64,000 nucleotides of DNA from Candidatus Dojkabacteria bacterium (GTDB lineage: Bacteria > Patescibacteriota > Dojkabacteria > SC72 > JAHDCA01). The notes beneath the pieces are model-generated. The model was not told the DNA's origin. It ran no database searches and saw only the letters and a program-made list of their open reading frames with translations. The translations under genes and the position numbers were made by a program. Within the stretch, counting starts at the first letter, position 1. Every line of letters starts with the position of its first letter. The DNA is taken from contig CP129478.1 of assembly GCA_030583845.1 (NCBI GenBank), positions 215,175 to 279,174 of the forward strand, in the 5' to 3' direction. Shown here piece after piece: positions 38,423 to 49,134 of the stretch.

Positions 38423-39340
38423 ATGACAAACACGCCAAGAAGCACTTCGCCTTATAGGTTAGCGGCACAGATCGAGAGAGTTGCGGTGATCTATACCTTC
38501 GCCGCACTCCTCTTTCCAATTCTGGCTGTGCTGCTCAGCTATCACTCCTTCTATTTCGATCTCTTCTCGCACTTCCAACTTCAATACTCCGTCATCTGGC
38601 TGATTTCGGCTCTTGTCATGGTGTTACTCAAATTTTACAGAGAGGCTTTTGCCTTTATATTCTTCATTTTGGCGTTCAGCATGCCACTCATCTACCCTTC
38701 TACCTTCGCATCGGCCCCAATTTACAAGCCCGAAATATACTTCATGAATACCAACGCCTTCAGGACAGAGGCAGAATACCGCCAGATGGCCAATTACATA
38801 TCTAGCTATCGCCCAGCCAAAATCGCGCTAGTCGAAGCGCACGACGATGTGGTTGAAGAACTTGTTCAAAAAGGCTACCCACTCCAAACCAGCTATACTC
38901 GTGGGGCACTCTCATGCGCAATACTATCTGAAGAAGTGCCAATAAGGAGCACAGTTATTCAAGCCACAGAATACCCTATCTGCTACGCGCAATATGCCGA
39001 CTACCACTTAATCGTGGTACACCCGATTCCACCGCTCAATCCACATAACTTCGAGCGGGAGAAACGCTACTTTACATATATAGAAGAGATGATTGAAGAG
39101 CTTGATAGCCGTGATGAGCGCTTCGTGCTGGTTGGCGATTTCAACTCTACCTCTTATTCGCAACTATTTTCAAATAGCTTCCATGACTATTTCGTACAGA
39201 ATAATTACAGCTGGAACAGCGGCTCACTGCTAACCATCCCCATCGACCATGCGATGTCGAATAGTGAGATCAATGTAACCATGGGAGACACAGTTTTCTC
39301 TGATCACCGAGGGTTATTTGTGGAAATAGATCAAGATTAA
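38423..39340 (+). CDS. Endonuclease/exonuclease/phosphatase (EEP) family membrane protein. The true start may be the in-frame GTG at about 38486.
   Basis: VLVGDFNSTSY...IDHAMSN...FSDHRGLFVEI EEP motifs. N-terminal TM helices. The repeat motif cttataggttagcggc lies inside the first 15 codons of the ATG-started ORF. Confidence 0.6.
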   Translation: MTNTPRSTSPYRLAAQIERVAVIYTFAALLFPILAVLLSYHSFYFDLFSHFQLQYSVIWLISALVMVLLKFYREAFAFIFFILAFSMPLIYPSTFASAPIYKPEIYFMNTNAFRTEAEYRQMANYISSYRPAKIALVEAHDDVVEELVQKGYPLQTSYTRGALSCAILSEEVPIRSTVIQATEYPICYAQYADYHLIVVHPIPPLNPHNFEREKRYFTYIEEMIEELDSRDERFVLVGDFNSTSYSQLFSNSFHDYFVQNNYSWNSGSLLTIPIDHAMSNSEINVTMGDTVFSDHRGLFVEIDQD

Positions 39341-40812
39341 GCTGGCTGAGTGTCTAGATATTTTCTGGCCTCATCGATTAGCGCCTCTTTGGTATTTAGG
39401 ATCGGGTCGTCCAGTACTCTCTCCAGAAGATGATTCAAGATTTTACCCAATTGTGGCCCCTTCTCTACCCCAAGCTGCTCCATCAGGTCATGACCGGTGA
39501 TCTCCAGGTCAGAGATTTTTAGCGCCATGTCTTTCTCCCGTACCTCTGAGATTCTTAGCTGCAGCTCGGCTATCTCATCCGGATTGAATGCCGACATCGG
39601 ATTAGACGAGGCATCGGCGATGCGCAATGCGAATAGGTCGTCTAGGTTCTCGTCGCCGACCTTTGACATGAAGCGTCGTACCGCCGAATCACTCCACTCG
39701 TGAACTTTGACATGCTCCACCTGCTCTTCACTCATCCCCTCCTGCACATGAGGATAGTAGAACATGTGCCATCTCACCAGCGTGACAGTCTTTTCTATAT
39801 CGCTGTTTGAGAAGCGCATACGCTTCATAATCTGCTTGGTCATCTCGGCTCCTTCGGTGTCATGACCATAGAAATGCCCATCCTTCATATCCTTTCGTGG
39901 TTTCCCGATATCGTGAAATAGTGCTGCAAGCTTAATATTGTCTGGCGCCACATCACAGGTGCGAAGTGAATGCCAATATACATCATCATGATGGAAAAGC
40001 TTCTGCTCAACATCCACTCCCTCAAGCAGCTCAGGGATGAAGATTTCTAACAATCCGGTCTGCCTCATCATCTCGATGCCGACCGATGGCTTCGGAGAGC
40101 CTAAGAGTGTTTTCATAAACTCATCGCGTACCCTTTCCATCGATACCTGCTTTGCCACAGGTAGAGCTTCTTTAATCGCCTCAAATGTCTCAGGATCAAG
40201 CTCGAACTGTAGCTGTGAAGCCAGTCGGCACGCTTTAAATGCACGCAGCCCATCCTCCTTGAATCTCTCAAGCGGTGTGCCAACAGCCTTTACCAATTTT
40301 CTCGAGATATCCCCCATCCCGTCAAACGGATCGTACACTACCCACTCTCGCTCACCCTCATCACCAGATAGCTCTGCAGATGCCAGGTCTATGGCCATAG
40401 CGTTAATTGTGAAATCGCGACGCCCAAGATCCTTATCCAGATCCCCTATAAATTCTACTTTTGAAGGCCAGCGACCATCCACATACTGCTCCTCAGATCT
40501 GAATGTCGTCACCTCTACCTCAAATATTTCACCATGCACGTCTGGCACCAGTGCCGATACCATACCGAAGCGAGCACCAGTAGAGACCGCTTTCGGAAAT
40601 AGCTCTAGCATCTCTTCCGGCTTTGCATCGGTTGCTAGATCCCAGTCATATGGAGTCTTGCCCAGAGCGATATCTCGAATAGCGCCTCCTACCAGATAGG
40701 CCTTATACCCCTCTTTTAGGAGCATTCGCGCTACCTTCTGGACATAGTCCGGAATCTGTGTGGTTAATTTCTGCTCATTCATTAGTAAGTTATCTTCAAT
40801 AAACTTGGGCAA
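39337..40812 (-). CDS. cca: CCA-adding tRNA nucleotidyltransferase with an HD phosphohydrolase domain
   Basis: LVGGAIRDIALGKTPYDWDLATDAKPEE head domain. HD motif LFHDIGKP. Confidence 0.8.
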   Translation of the reverse strand: MPKFIEDNLLMNEQKLTTQIPDYVQKVARMLLKEGYKAYLVGGAIRDIALGKTPYDWDLATDAKPEEMLELFPKAVSTGARFGMVSALVPDVHGEIFEVEVTTFRSEEQYVDGRWPSKVEFIGDLDKDLGRRDFTINAMAIDLASAELSGDEGEREWVVYDPFDGMGDISRKLVKAVGTPLERFKEDGLRAFKACRLASQLQFELDPETFEAIKEALPVAKQVSMERVRDEFMKTLLGSPKPSVGIEMMRQTGLLEIFIPELLEGVDVEQKLFHHDDVYWHSLRTCDVAPDNIKLAALFHDIGKPRKDMKDGHFYGHDTEGAEMTKQIMKRMRFSNSDIEKTVTLVRWHMFYYPHVQEGMSEEQVEHVKVHEWSDSAVRRFMSKVGDENLDDLFALRIADASSNPMSAFNPDEIAELQLRISEVREKDMALKISDLEITGHDLMEQLGVEKGPQLGKILNHLLERVLDDPILNTKEALIDEARKYLDTQPA

Positions 40813-40839
40813 ATTAGCTTGACCCGATCTTACACCAAA

Positions 40840-42264
40840 CTAGAGCAGTACGAAAAGTGCTAACACCAGCCCTATCAAGATTGTCACCAGGAAGATTTGC
40901 ATCAATCTTAAGCGATAAAACTTATCGCCCACCAGCGCTGCGAGCACAATTTTCACTACTAAGTTCACGCTGGCAGCAATAACCAGTACAAATGCACCAA
41001 ATTCATACGTGATCTTATCTCCTACGAGAGTGGCAGTATTTATCGTGACGACATCAAGCCCTAAGACTGAAGATATCATTGTGGATACAACGAATCCCGA
41101 GTCTCCAGCATAATACAACGCTAGACGGGTAAATATTGTAATAACAGCAAATATTGCTCCAAAAACCAACGCCGGCTTTATCTTGAATGGTGAGTCAAAA
41201 TTCAGACCGACAGCCTCGATCTCCTTGCTTTTAGCCTTGCCACTCCGCCTAAACATATGCGTGCTCCAGATGACCCATACAAGCAGAAAGGCTGACATCC
41301 CCATCATAGGGATGAACAGTAGCTTTGCCAATGCTATATCCACAATCATCGCGAGGAAGAGGACACGCACGAAACTTGTCATGTTAGCCATCACAGTAGC
41401 ATTCAGCAGCAGCGTCTTGTCAGACTTAGTCTTTACCCGTGTGCTGCTCTCAGCTAAGGTCTGTGTCGCAACAGTACTTGATACTAGCCCACCAAGAAGC
41501 CCAAGCAGGTTAAGTCCTCTGTTCTTGCCCAAGATCCTGGTCAGGAAGTAACCAACAAAGTTCATGCTCAAAATAAATACCACCACCATCCACCATCTTT
41601 GTGGGTTAAAGATTTCCGACGCCTCAAGTACCTCTACCGACAGATTCTGCGCAATTTGCTCGCCTACCACTGGTATATCTGCGATCCCGTAATAGGCATT
41701 TGGCAGAAACGGCAATATGACAAGCGTAAACAGTATGAATTTCAAGGTGTCCTCTATCTCTTTTTCCGAGAACTTGGCTATCGCGGTCTTTAGCTCTGAC
41801 TTCATAGAAAGAACAACCGCATCGATTACCGCAATGGCGACAACCAGCTTGAGTGGCACATCTGTCGCAAACATGAGCAGAGAGAGCGTGTAAACGAGAA
41901 TAATCGAAAGCTCAGTGGTCAGCCCAAACGAGTTCTTATCAAAATAGTTGAGTACGAATGAAATTATAATGAAAACCATTAAGCCGATGCTTATCGAGAT
42001 CGTTAATGCCTCCAACCCATAATGATATGCAAGCCCCGAGACGGATCCAAGCACGGCGAGCAAGATATATGTCCTTACCCCACCGATATTATCAGCAGGT
42101 ATCGCCGCCTTTATGAAAGGGAATTTACGCCTCGCGTTCTCGGATTTCTTCTGGATCTCCTTTGCCGTCCTTGGATTCTTCCACACACCATCCCGCTCCA
42201 ATCCAAGTAGTGCTCCCAAGCATATTGCCAGTATAAATCTGAAGACTATATCGGTAAGTGTCAT
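40840..42264 (-). CDS. MgtC/SapB-family plus DUF4010-type polytopic membrane protein
   Basis: The N-terminal FRFILAICLGALLGLERD is the MgtC signature. The remainder is a long multi-TM region. Confidence 0.55.
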   Translation of the reverse strand: MTLTDIVFRFILAICLGALLGLERDGVWKNPRTAKEIQKKSENARRKFPFIKAAIPADNIGGVRTYILLAVLGSVSGLAYHYGLEALTISISIGLMVFIIISFVLNYFDKNSFGLTTELSIILVYTLSLLMFATDVPLKLVVAIAVIDAVVLSMKSELKTAIAKFSEKEIEDTLKFILFTLVILPFLPNAYYGIADIPVVGEQIAQNLSVEVLEASEIFNPQRWWMVVVFILSMNFVGYFLTRILGKNRGLNLLGLLGGLVSSTVATQTLAESSTRVKTKSDKTLLLNATVMANMTSFVRVLFLAMIVDIALAKLLFIPMMGMSAFLLVWVIWSTHMFRRSGKAKSKEIEAVGLNFDSPFKIKPALVFGAIFAVITIFTRLALYYAGDSGFVVSTMISSVLGLDVVTINTATLVGDKITYEFGAFVLVIAASVNLVVKIVLAALVGDKFYRLRLMQIFLVTILIGLVLALFVLL

Positions 42265-42343
42265 GAGCAGCTTTGTCGACTAGTTAAATTTCATTAAATT
42301 CATGAAAATCTTTAATTTAATCTATCAGAAAACCGTATCCTCA

Positions 42344-42387
42344 GCCACCCCGCTAACCTATATCACGATATAGGTTAGCGGGGTGGC
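42344..42387. repeat. 44-bp perfect palindrome of the repeat family in the divergent intergenic region (MgtC-like / ppaC)
   Basis: gccaccccgctaacctatat - cacg - atataggttagcggggtggc. Confidence 0.85.
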
Positions 42388-42426
42388 ATTAAGTAAGGCT
42401 TAGCGCTATAATACCAGCGCTAAGAT

Positions 42427-43404
42427 ATGTATCAGCCCAACATGACAGTCGAAAACATCCTAATCGGAGAATCAGTCTATATAGTCGGCCACAAGAAGCC
42501 TGACGTAGACGCAATAGTCTCAGCATACGCCTACCAGGTGTATCGTCACGCGCGCGGAGACTTCAACTATATCGCCGTCCGCTGCGACGAGCCGAATGTT
42601 GTAACCGAATGGGTATTCAAAGAAACGGGATTTAACATGCCGCGACTGGTAGAAGATGTCTCTGGTAAGAAAATCGTGCTGGTAGACCACACAGATCCCG
42701 AGCAGAGACCAAACGGCTGGGAGAAAGCCGAAATTATCGAGGTAATGGATCACCACAAGCTGAAGCTTGAGACCAGCATCCCACCCAAGATCACTATCCG
42801 ACCGTACGGCTCCACTACTACACTTGTTGCAAATAAGTTGCTTCAAACAAATGTAACTATCCGTCCAGAATTCGCGCAGCTGATGCTGTCCGCAATCTTA
42901 GACGACACACTTGCCCTTCGATCCCCTATCACCACACACATTGATAAGAAGGTCGCTGGCGAATTGTCCGCAATCTCGGGCATCAGCGATGTCGACGATT
43001 ATGCCAAGAAGCTGTTCAATAAGAAAGATGTATGGAGCAAGATGAGCGCAGAGAAGATTATTAACACAGATATCAAGAGCTTCGAGATGGGTGGCGTGAA
43101 GATGACAATTACGCAGGCAGAGACGATGGACAACCGGAAATTGAGCAAGCGCGTCCCAGAGCTCCAGAAGGCGCTTGAGAAGCATGCTAAAGCTGAAAAA
43201 CTAGAGCTTGCGATCTTAATGCTTACCGACCTACTGCGCGAAGATGCCATCGTGATCTGTGCAGGCGAGAAAGCTGGAGACCTAGAGAGAATCTTCGGCG
43301 TGCAGCTAGAGAAGGATGGTAGCTTGATAATCCCAGGGATGTTGTCGCGCAAGAAACAGATGGTTCCTCCTCTGGTGAGGTTTTATGGGGAGGTGAAGGA
43401 GTAG
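42427..43404 (+). CDS. ppaC: Family II (Mn-dependent, DHH-DHHA2) inorganic pyrophosphatase
   Basis: VYIVGHKKPDVDAIVSAYAY...VLVDHTD...IEVMDHH matches the family-II PPase N-terminus. Confidence 0.7.
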   Translation: MYQPNMTVENILIGESVYIVGHKKPDVDAIVSAYAYQVYRHARGDFNYIAVRCDEPNVVTEWVFKETGFNMPRLVEDVSGKKIVLVDHTDPEQRPNGWEKAEIIEVMDHHKLKLETSIPPKITIRPYGSTTTLVANKLLQTNVTIRPEFAQLMLSAILDDTLALRSPITTHIDKKVAGELSAISGISDVDDYAKKLFNKKDVWSKMSAEKIINTDIKSFEMGGVKMTITQAETMDNRKLSKRVPELQKALEKHAKAEKLELAILMLTDLLREDAIVICAGEKAGDLERIFGVQLEKDGSLIIPGMLSRKKQMVPPLVRFYGEVKE

Positions 43405-43438
43405 AGTCTACAAGCTTTAAACTTCAGCTAAGCATCAG

Positions 43439-44056
43439 TTATCTTACAGCCTCGTACTTGTCACGCAAGCTCTTAACTACCGACATCACTACCTGATACT
43501 GCTCTGATGTGGTATAGATATGCTCGGTCAGTCTACCAAGTACCATCAATGCTTCAGCTCTGCTAAACCTCAGGTACTCGAAACGATCTAATTGAAGATA
43601 TCGCGGGCCACCAGCATGATTCACTTGAAATATCGGAAGATGAAACTCGTCCTTGCCTTCGGTTTTTTGAGCAAGTGCCAACCCTAAAAAGAGTTGGCCG
43701 TTCATATACTGATCCAGGGTTTCAGTTTCTGATTCAATAGCGCCTATATAAAAACCGATAGTCTGATGTATCCGGTCAGCATTTGCGATTGGAAGACCTC
43801 TAAGTGGTCTGAATTCTCTTACTGCACTAGCATTTGGCTCAGCTAATGCCTTGACAGTGCGAATCTCAGATAGTTGCATTGCATTACCTTGAGCATCTGT
43901 TAGATGAGCAAGATAAACCGCAGTGTGCTCTGGAAACCCCATTCCTATCAGATAATTGTAGCTTTCAGCAGGGGTTGGTATGAATTGGTTTTGTCCTTCA
44001 TTTACTGCACCAGAAACCGCTCCCACCTCACCAGTTTTTTGACCATTAGGATTCAT
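43439..44056 (-). CDS. Hypothetical protein (205 aa)
   Basis: ORF only. Confidence 0.35.
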   Translation of the reverse strand: MNPNGQKTGEVGAVSGAVNEGQNQFIPTPAESYNYLIGMGFPEHTAVYLAHLTDAQGNAMQLSEIRTVKALAEPNASAVREFRPLRGLPIANADRIHQTIGFYIGAIESETETLDQYMNGQLFLGLALAQKTEGKDEFHLPIFQVNHAGGPRYLQLDRFEYLRFSRAEALMVLGRLTEHIYTTSEQYQVVMSVVKSLRDKYEAVR

Positions 44057-44078
44057 TGCTATCTTCTATAAAGTTTAT

Positions 44079-45104
44079 CTACCCATTATACTCCCACACA
44101 GTCAGATCCTCCAATACCTCAATCCCCTTCTCCTGCGGATCCTTACAATCCACATCCACCACCGACAAGAAAGTTCTGTCCGCCGGCACCAAGTTCGTCG
44201 GCCACATCGAGAAGACTACTCCGTTATCAGGCGCCAACACATCTGCATTCCGCCCCTCTCCTACAACATACCTCCAACCTACCCTATCTCCTTTTGCCAC
44301 CCTATCCCCAAGCTTCACCTTTAGGTGGAGCACTGAGGCAACCGACGATCGGACACCGATTCGACGACTGACAACATACTGCTTCTCTGGCACCACGATC
44401 TTCCCTGGGAACATACTGTTGGCGGCTAGGATATTCTGGACTCCGCGAAGAGCCACCTGCTCTAGAGTTGGGTAGATTATCTGCGCACCGCCGATCTCCA
44501 CGGTGATTACCGGCACTTTATAAGTGTTGTTCATGGCGACGGCCATCATATTTAGATCGCCATCACGCTCAATTATGTACTCTGTACCAAAGTAGCGGGC
44601 AAGCTCGCGTGTGCACGATTCGCAATCATCCGCATCGTTCTTATGGATCCGCGCGTGTGGGAGGAACACCGCCCCATCCCCTGCATCATGGATATCGATC
44701 CCCATATTGCACTTCTTGAAGAAATTCTCGACTAGAGATGCTGCGACTACCTCAGAGATACTTTCTTCAATTTCATCTAGATTCTCACCGAACTGACGAT
44801 TTAGATCTTTGCCATCCTCTGGAAGGTTGCGCTCGCCCTTCTTGAAGCCAGTCGGATTTAATAATGGAAATATGTATAGCTCGCCTTTTAATTTGTCGAC
44901 GACATTTGCTTCACGAGCCCACTCGATCACTTTACTGACAGCATATACACCATTTACCTCGTCGCCATGTATCCCTGCGGTGATAAAAAGCTTGCTTCCA
45001 GGCTCTTTGCCCACAAGATGGTAGTACGGGATAGAGATTTCGATTTCATTAAATTTAATGATGTGATTCTTTAATTCCATTAACCAATAGACTATACTTG
45101 GCAA
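44079..45104 (-). CDS. Succinylglutamate desuccinylase/aspartoacylase (AstE/AspA) family zinc hydrolase
   Basis: FITAGIHGDEVNG motif (GxHGxE). Confidence 0.6.
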   Translation of the reverse strand: MPSIVYWLMELKNHIIKFNEIEISIPYYHLVGKEPGSKLFITAGIHGDEVNGVYAVSKVIEWAREANVVDKLKGELYIFPLLNPTGFKKGERNLPEDGKDLNRQFGENLDEIEESISEVVAASLVENFFKKCNMGIDIHDAGDGAVFLPHARIHKNDADDCESCTRELARYFGTEYIIERDGDLNMMAVAMNNTYKVPVITVEIGGAQIIYPTLEQVALRGVQNILAANSMFPGKIVVPEKQYVVSRRIGVRSSVASVLHLKVKLGDRVAKGDRVGWRYVVGEGRNADVLAPDNGVVFSMWPTNLVPADRTFLSVVDVDCKDPQEKGIEVLEDLTVWEYNG

Positions 45105-45129
45105 GAATATATTTCAACCTAACAAGCTG

Positions 45130-46242
45130 ATGCTTGGATGCAGCCGACTTACAAACCTCATACTCACTATTGCCATCGGTATTGTGCTCACCTTTATGAT
45201 CTCCGCAGCGATAATTTCGTATGCCGCTTCGGAGGTGATTAGTGACCGTGAGAAGGTGAAAGAGGCTATCAAGGACGACAAAGTTAAAGAAGATTTCATA
45301 CTATATATACAGGACGAGCTTGATAAGCAGACCGACGGCGACCTCTCATTAATTATTAATGAAGATGCAGCGCAAACAATCTTAGACGATCCTACCGCTG
45401 AGGAGAAAATTGATGAGACTTTAGACCAGCTCGTAGACGACACATATGATTGGCTCGAGGGTGATGCTGATGAGCCAACAATTGTAATCGGACAAAGTGA
45501 TGGCTCTGATGAGACCTTGCTAGAAGAGGAGATTCGAGACAAGCTGGGGCCAGTTGGCGACCTTATCAATTACGATGAGCTAAACGAGGCCTCATCGCAA
45601 TTCCGACTATACGAGGTAAAAGATGATCAGATCAATCAGATCCCGCAGCTCTACCAGACTCTGACCGGCCTTTACAAGAAGCTGCTAATCGGAATCGCCG
45701 TGCTTACTATTGTGTTGCTTCTCTCTGCCCAATCTATCCGCAAAGGCGCCTTCTCACTCGGAATCGTGCTGGCAGCATCTGGAGCCCTAGTGCTATTCAC
45801 TCCACTCTATCTTGAGCGCTCAACCGGTACAGAGCAGACAGTTGCCGAGCAGCTCGACCGGCTCCCATGGCTGGTCAAAACTGTGCTGAACGAATCTGTG
45901 CAGACAGTTAAAGAGATCGAGACGCCCGATTTTGTGAATACATTTGCACTGACACTGTTCGAGGATATTCAGGAAGAGGCTGCTCTCTATGCGAAGCTAG
46001 CGATTGCATTTGGAATTGTGTTGGCGATAGGCACGCAACTCTCGATCAGGCGCACCGAAGCGGAGAACGACTATGACACAGTGAGTCAAGGTAGTGGCGA
46101 TGCGAGGCAATTTATCGGTCAGGGTGGAGATCCATCTCGACGCGTACGAACAATGACTGATGATCAGTATGATGATCCCCGCGACGATATCGATGTTGAC
46201 GAGGATCCAGATGAAGAGCTTGAGCTAGAAGAGGAAGAGTAA
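45130..46242 (+). CDS. Hypothetical membrane protein with a highly acidic C-terminus
   Basis: N-terminal TM, central TM pairs, and a DDQYDDPRDDIDVDEDPDEELELEEEE tail. Confidence 0.4.
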   Translation: MLGCSRLTNLILTIAIGIVLTFMISAAIISYAASEVISDREKVKEAIKDDKVKEDFILYIQDELDKQTDGDLSLIINEDAAQTILDDPTAEEKIDETLDQLVDDTYDWLEGDADEPTIVIGQSDGSDETLLEEEIRDKLGPVGDLINYDELNEASSQFRLYEVKDDQINQIPQLYQTLTGLYKKLLIGIAVLTIVLLLSAQSIRKGAFSLGIVLAASGALVLFTPLYLERSTGTEQTVAEQLDRLPWLVKTVLNESVQTVKEIETPDFVNTFALTLFEDIQEEAALYAKLAIAFGIVLAIGTQLSIRRTEAENDYDTVSQGSGDARQFIGQGGDPSRRVRTMTDDQYDDPRDDIDVDEDPDEELELEEEE

Positions 46243-46274
46243 GAATACTATATCCTTCTCAAATCTAAGGAGCC

Positions 46275-46784
46275 TTATCGCCCTAGAACATTCGCAAGCT
46301 TCATCCGAATTGATCTCACAAGATCATTGTGATACTCGGACATGGATTCCATCTCATTTAATAGTCCACCAATGCTATCCTTATCACGAAGCATCCTTTG
46401 AAAATCGACTACCTGCACAGTCATGAAGTCAAACTCTGGGGCCACCCGATCAGTATCGGTATCAGCATCTGGTATATATAGACCCACTAAGCCATCATCG
46501 GCAACCTCACACGTCAACATGGCGAGAACGAAACTTTGCAGTCCCGGCCTGACTGCTATTTCACGAGAATTGTCATCCGACCATCTGAATTGCACACACA
46601 TGCATACATCTTCCAGTTGCCAAACAAATTCCTCTAATCTGCCCGCATACCGGATTATGGGCTCGTTCCCTCCAAAAAGGTACGTTAGCAACCTACCTCC
46701 TTCTTCGCCTGCCGCTCTGGCACCATCCAATACGCCATAGCTCGGATTTTTTAATATTTCTGCTGAATCTGCCATAGCAATCAC
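46275..46784 (-). CDS. Hypothetical protein (169 aa)
   Basis: ORF immediately downstream of the helicase on the same strand. Confidence 0.35.
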   Translation of the reverse strand: MIAMADSAEILKNPSYGVLDGARAAGEEGGRLLTYLFGGNEPIIRYAGRLEEFVWQLEDVCMCVQFRWSDDNSREIAVRPGLQSFVLAMLTCEVADDGLVGLYIPDADTDTDRVAPEFDFMTVQVVDFQRMLRDKDSIGGLLNEMESMSEYHNDLVRSIRMKLANVLGR

Positions 46785-46838
46785 CCCTTTCCAACTTATT
46801 TACCCGATTCTACACTATGGGTTAGATATCGACAAATC

Positions 46839-48008
46839 CTATCCCACAATATACAGCTCCTCCTCCGCCCGAGTAACTGCTGTATACAACCACCTACTCC
46901 ACTCATCATCACTCATGCTCCTAAACCGCTCCTCAAATAGTATAACCCGCCGCGACTGGCTACCCTGCGCCTTATGCACAGTCAGCGCATACCCAAAATC
47001 AAACAGCTCGCACCTATTGAACAGATACCGCTTCTCGGTGTAATTCAATGTCTGTGGACTATTAAATTGCTCAACTGAGACGAGCCCTTTAAATTGATCC
47101 TCCTCCCCGTCCATCTGGATCTCTGCATAGTAGAAGTCTGCACTCTCATCCTCGAGGTGGGACATCGTGCCAAGCATGCCATTGTAGATCCGCTCTTTGT
47201 GGCTATTGCGGAGGCAGATCACTCTATCGCCCGGCTGTGGCAACGACGAGTCAAAGCCCAAAAAGCCCCGGATATGTGAGTTTAGCCTAATACGGGTGTT
47301 ATTGTAGCCGCAAAGCACCAGAGTCTCGTCATTGTACATCGCTAGCCAATCCTCGATCTGGTCGCGCACATCATCTTCCTGTCGTGAGATTTTTTGGACG
47401 ACAGGAGAGTATTTGCCGGCGGCGATCTGACCTTTCTCACGAGCCTCAATCGAGAGCGCAATAATTGGGTTCTCTCTGGCCTGTCGGTGGATTTCATTAA
47501 GTTTTAATATAGGAGACTGCATCAAATTGAAGCTTCCCTTGATCGGTGGCAGCTGCCCATGATCACCAACAGCTATGATGGGGATCATATAGGAGGTTAA
47601 GTCTTTCCAGATCGACTGATCGACCATAGAGGCCTCATCTACAATAATAAGGTCGGCCTCTATATCTTCCCGCAGCTCCCATCCTATGATTTCATCCTTA
47701 TCGTCCACCATCGGTGAGTAGATCAGTGAGTGAATTGTCGATACAGAGTCTTTCGGATAGATAGCCCCCGTTTCTTTTAATTTCCCCTCTAGCACCCTAG
47801 CTGCCTTGCCCGTATATGAGCAGAATGCGACAGCAATACCTTTATGCTGCTTCTCTAGCTCTTTGCGGAAATGGCTTACCAATGTAGTCTTGCCGGTTCC
47901 TGCATAGCCGCCAAGTGTGATGTAAGGCTTATTCCCTTTCTTCCAGTCGAGGAGGGTGTCAGTTATTTTTTTCTGTTCTTCGGTCAGGCTTATCTGCGCC
48001 ATATGCAT
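46839..48008 (-). CDS. RecD/Dda-like SF1 DNA helicase (AAA_30 + UvrD_C_2 type)
   Basis: Walker A GGYAGTGKTT. Walker B IIVDEASMV. AVGDHGQLPPI. C-terminal LTVHKAQGSQ. Confidence 0.75.
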   Translation of the reverse strand: MHMAQISLTEEQKKITDTLLDWKKGNKPYITLGGYAGTGKTTLVSHFRKELEKQHKGIAVAFCSYTGKAARVLEGKLKETGAIYPKDSVSTIHSLIYSPMVDDKDEIIGWELREDIEADLIIVDEASMVDQSIWKDLTSYMIPIIAVGDHGQLPPIKGSFNLMQSPILKLNEIHRQARENPIIALSIEAREKGQIAAGKYSPVVQKISRQEDDVRDQIEDWLAMYNDETLVLCGYNNTRIRLNSHIRGFLGFDSSLPQPGDRVICLRNSHKERIYNGMLGTMSHLEDESADFYYAEIQMDGEEDQFKGLVSVEQFNSPQTLNYTEKRYLFNRCELFDFGYALTVHKAQGSQSRRVILFEERFRSMSDDEWSRWLYTAVTRAEEELYIVG

Positions 48009-48486
48009 AAGTTTCGTTATCTAGTGCAGCGTGATTATACAGCAACTTCGGCGTGCCAAACTGCACACCGACTCCAACCGCATTCCTCGATGTACAAAAC
48101 TTGTGGAGTAACTCTAGAAGCCATTGACAGCTCGGGTCAATTTCAGGAGCCCATCAGGTGCAATGTTTATGCTTCATCGCCTGCTTCCAATCACTACCTT
48201 CAGGCTAACTTCCAATTCCATGCATAGCACAGAACGCCGCCGAGTGATCGATAGCAAATATTAAACAGCCTTGTACCAGCAATATAGAGAATACTTTTTA
48301 CGCCGCTCTGGAGGCGCCAGCAATTCTGCGGATCAAAATAGATGGTTGGTAATTCTTAATGGACTGTGAAACATACTCCACATGAACAACGATTTCATAT
48401 GTGTCCTCGCAGACATATGTGGTGGCTTTTGCATGACGGCGGAATAGGTCGTACAATCCTCAGATCTAAAATTACTGCCCATCAGA

Positions 48487-49134
48487 ATGTTCAACAATCA
48501 AGGGACTATTGTTCCCGAGACCCAAACAGCCACAAATTTCATACAGTACCTAGTGGAATCACAAGGTAAATTCCCAACCCCCGAGTACTTCGCCGAATAT
48601 GCTAGGCTAGCAATACCAGCAGACGAAGACCCGTTTAGATATCAGTGCATAGTCGACGGATATAGATTAGCGCATGAGTCACCAGCAATAGAGTCTCGCA
48701 TCAACTTCATAACGACCCACCAGATCGACTTTAGAGAACTTGCAGAAGAGCTTCCCTTACATCTAGTTGATTATCACCTCGCGATTGCGGGGTTCCTACC
48801 GGGAGTAGAAGATACTACAAGCGGAAGTGCTAGCAAAATCTTCACATCAGGCGCCTATATTACTTCTCTTACCCATGGAAGATTAAGCGCTAGTCCCCTA
48901 CCAATGGCTGGTCTCGACTGCCTGACTGATAGTAAAGACCAGTACTGGGCATTACTCGTAGAAGATATTGGGCTTGGACATGTCGCAGTTCGAGCTTGCA
49001 CAATCTTTGGCCGTAATGAGAACGGATTATACCCTTTACGCAAGTCATCTTTAGGAAATCCACTACAAAGAGCGCACAGAAACAGATACCTGCTTGACCA
49101 CGCCAGAAGAATCAACCAACCACTGGAGTGCTAG
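48487..49134 (+). CDS. Hypothetical protein (215 aa)
   Basis: ORF only. Confidence 0.35.
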   Translation: MFNNQGTIVPETQTATNFIQYLVESQGKFPTPEYFAEYARLAIPADEDPFRYQCIVDGYRLAHESPAIESRINFITTHQIDFRELAEELPLHLVDYHLAIAGFLPGVEDTTSGSASKIFTSGAYITSLTHGRLSASPLPMAGLDCLTDSKDQYWALLVEDIGLGHVAVRACTIFGRNENGLYPLRKSSLGNPLQRAHRNRYLLDHARRINQPLEC

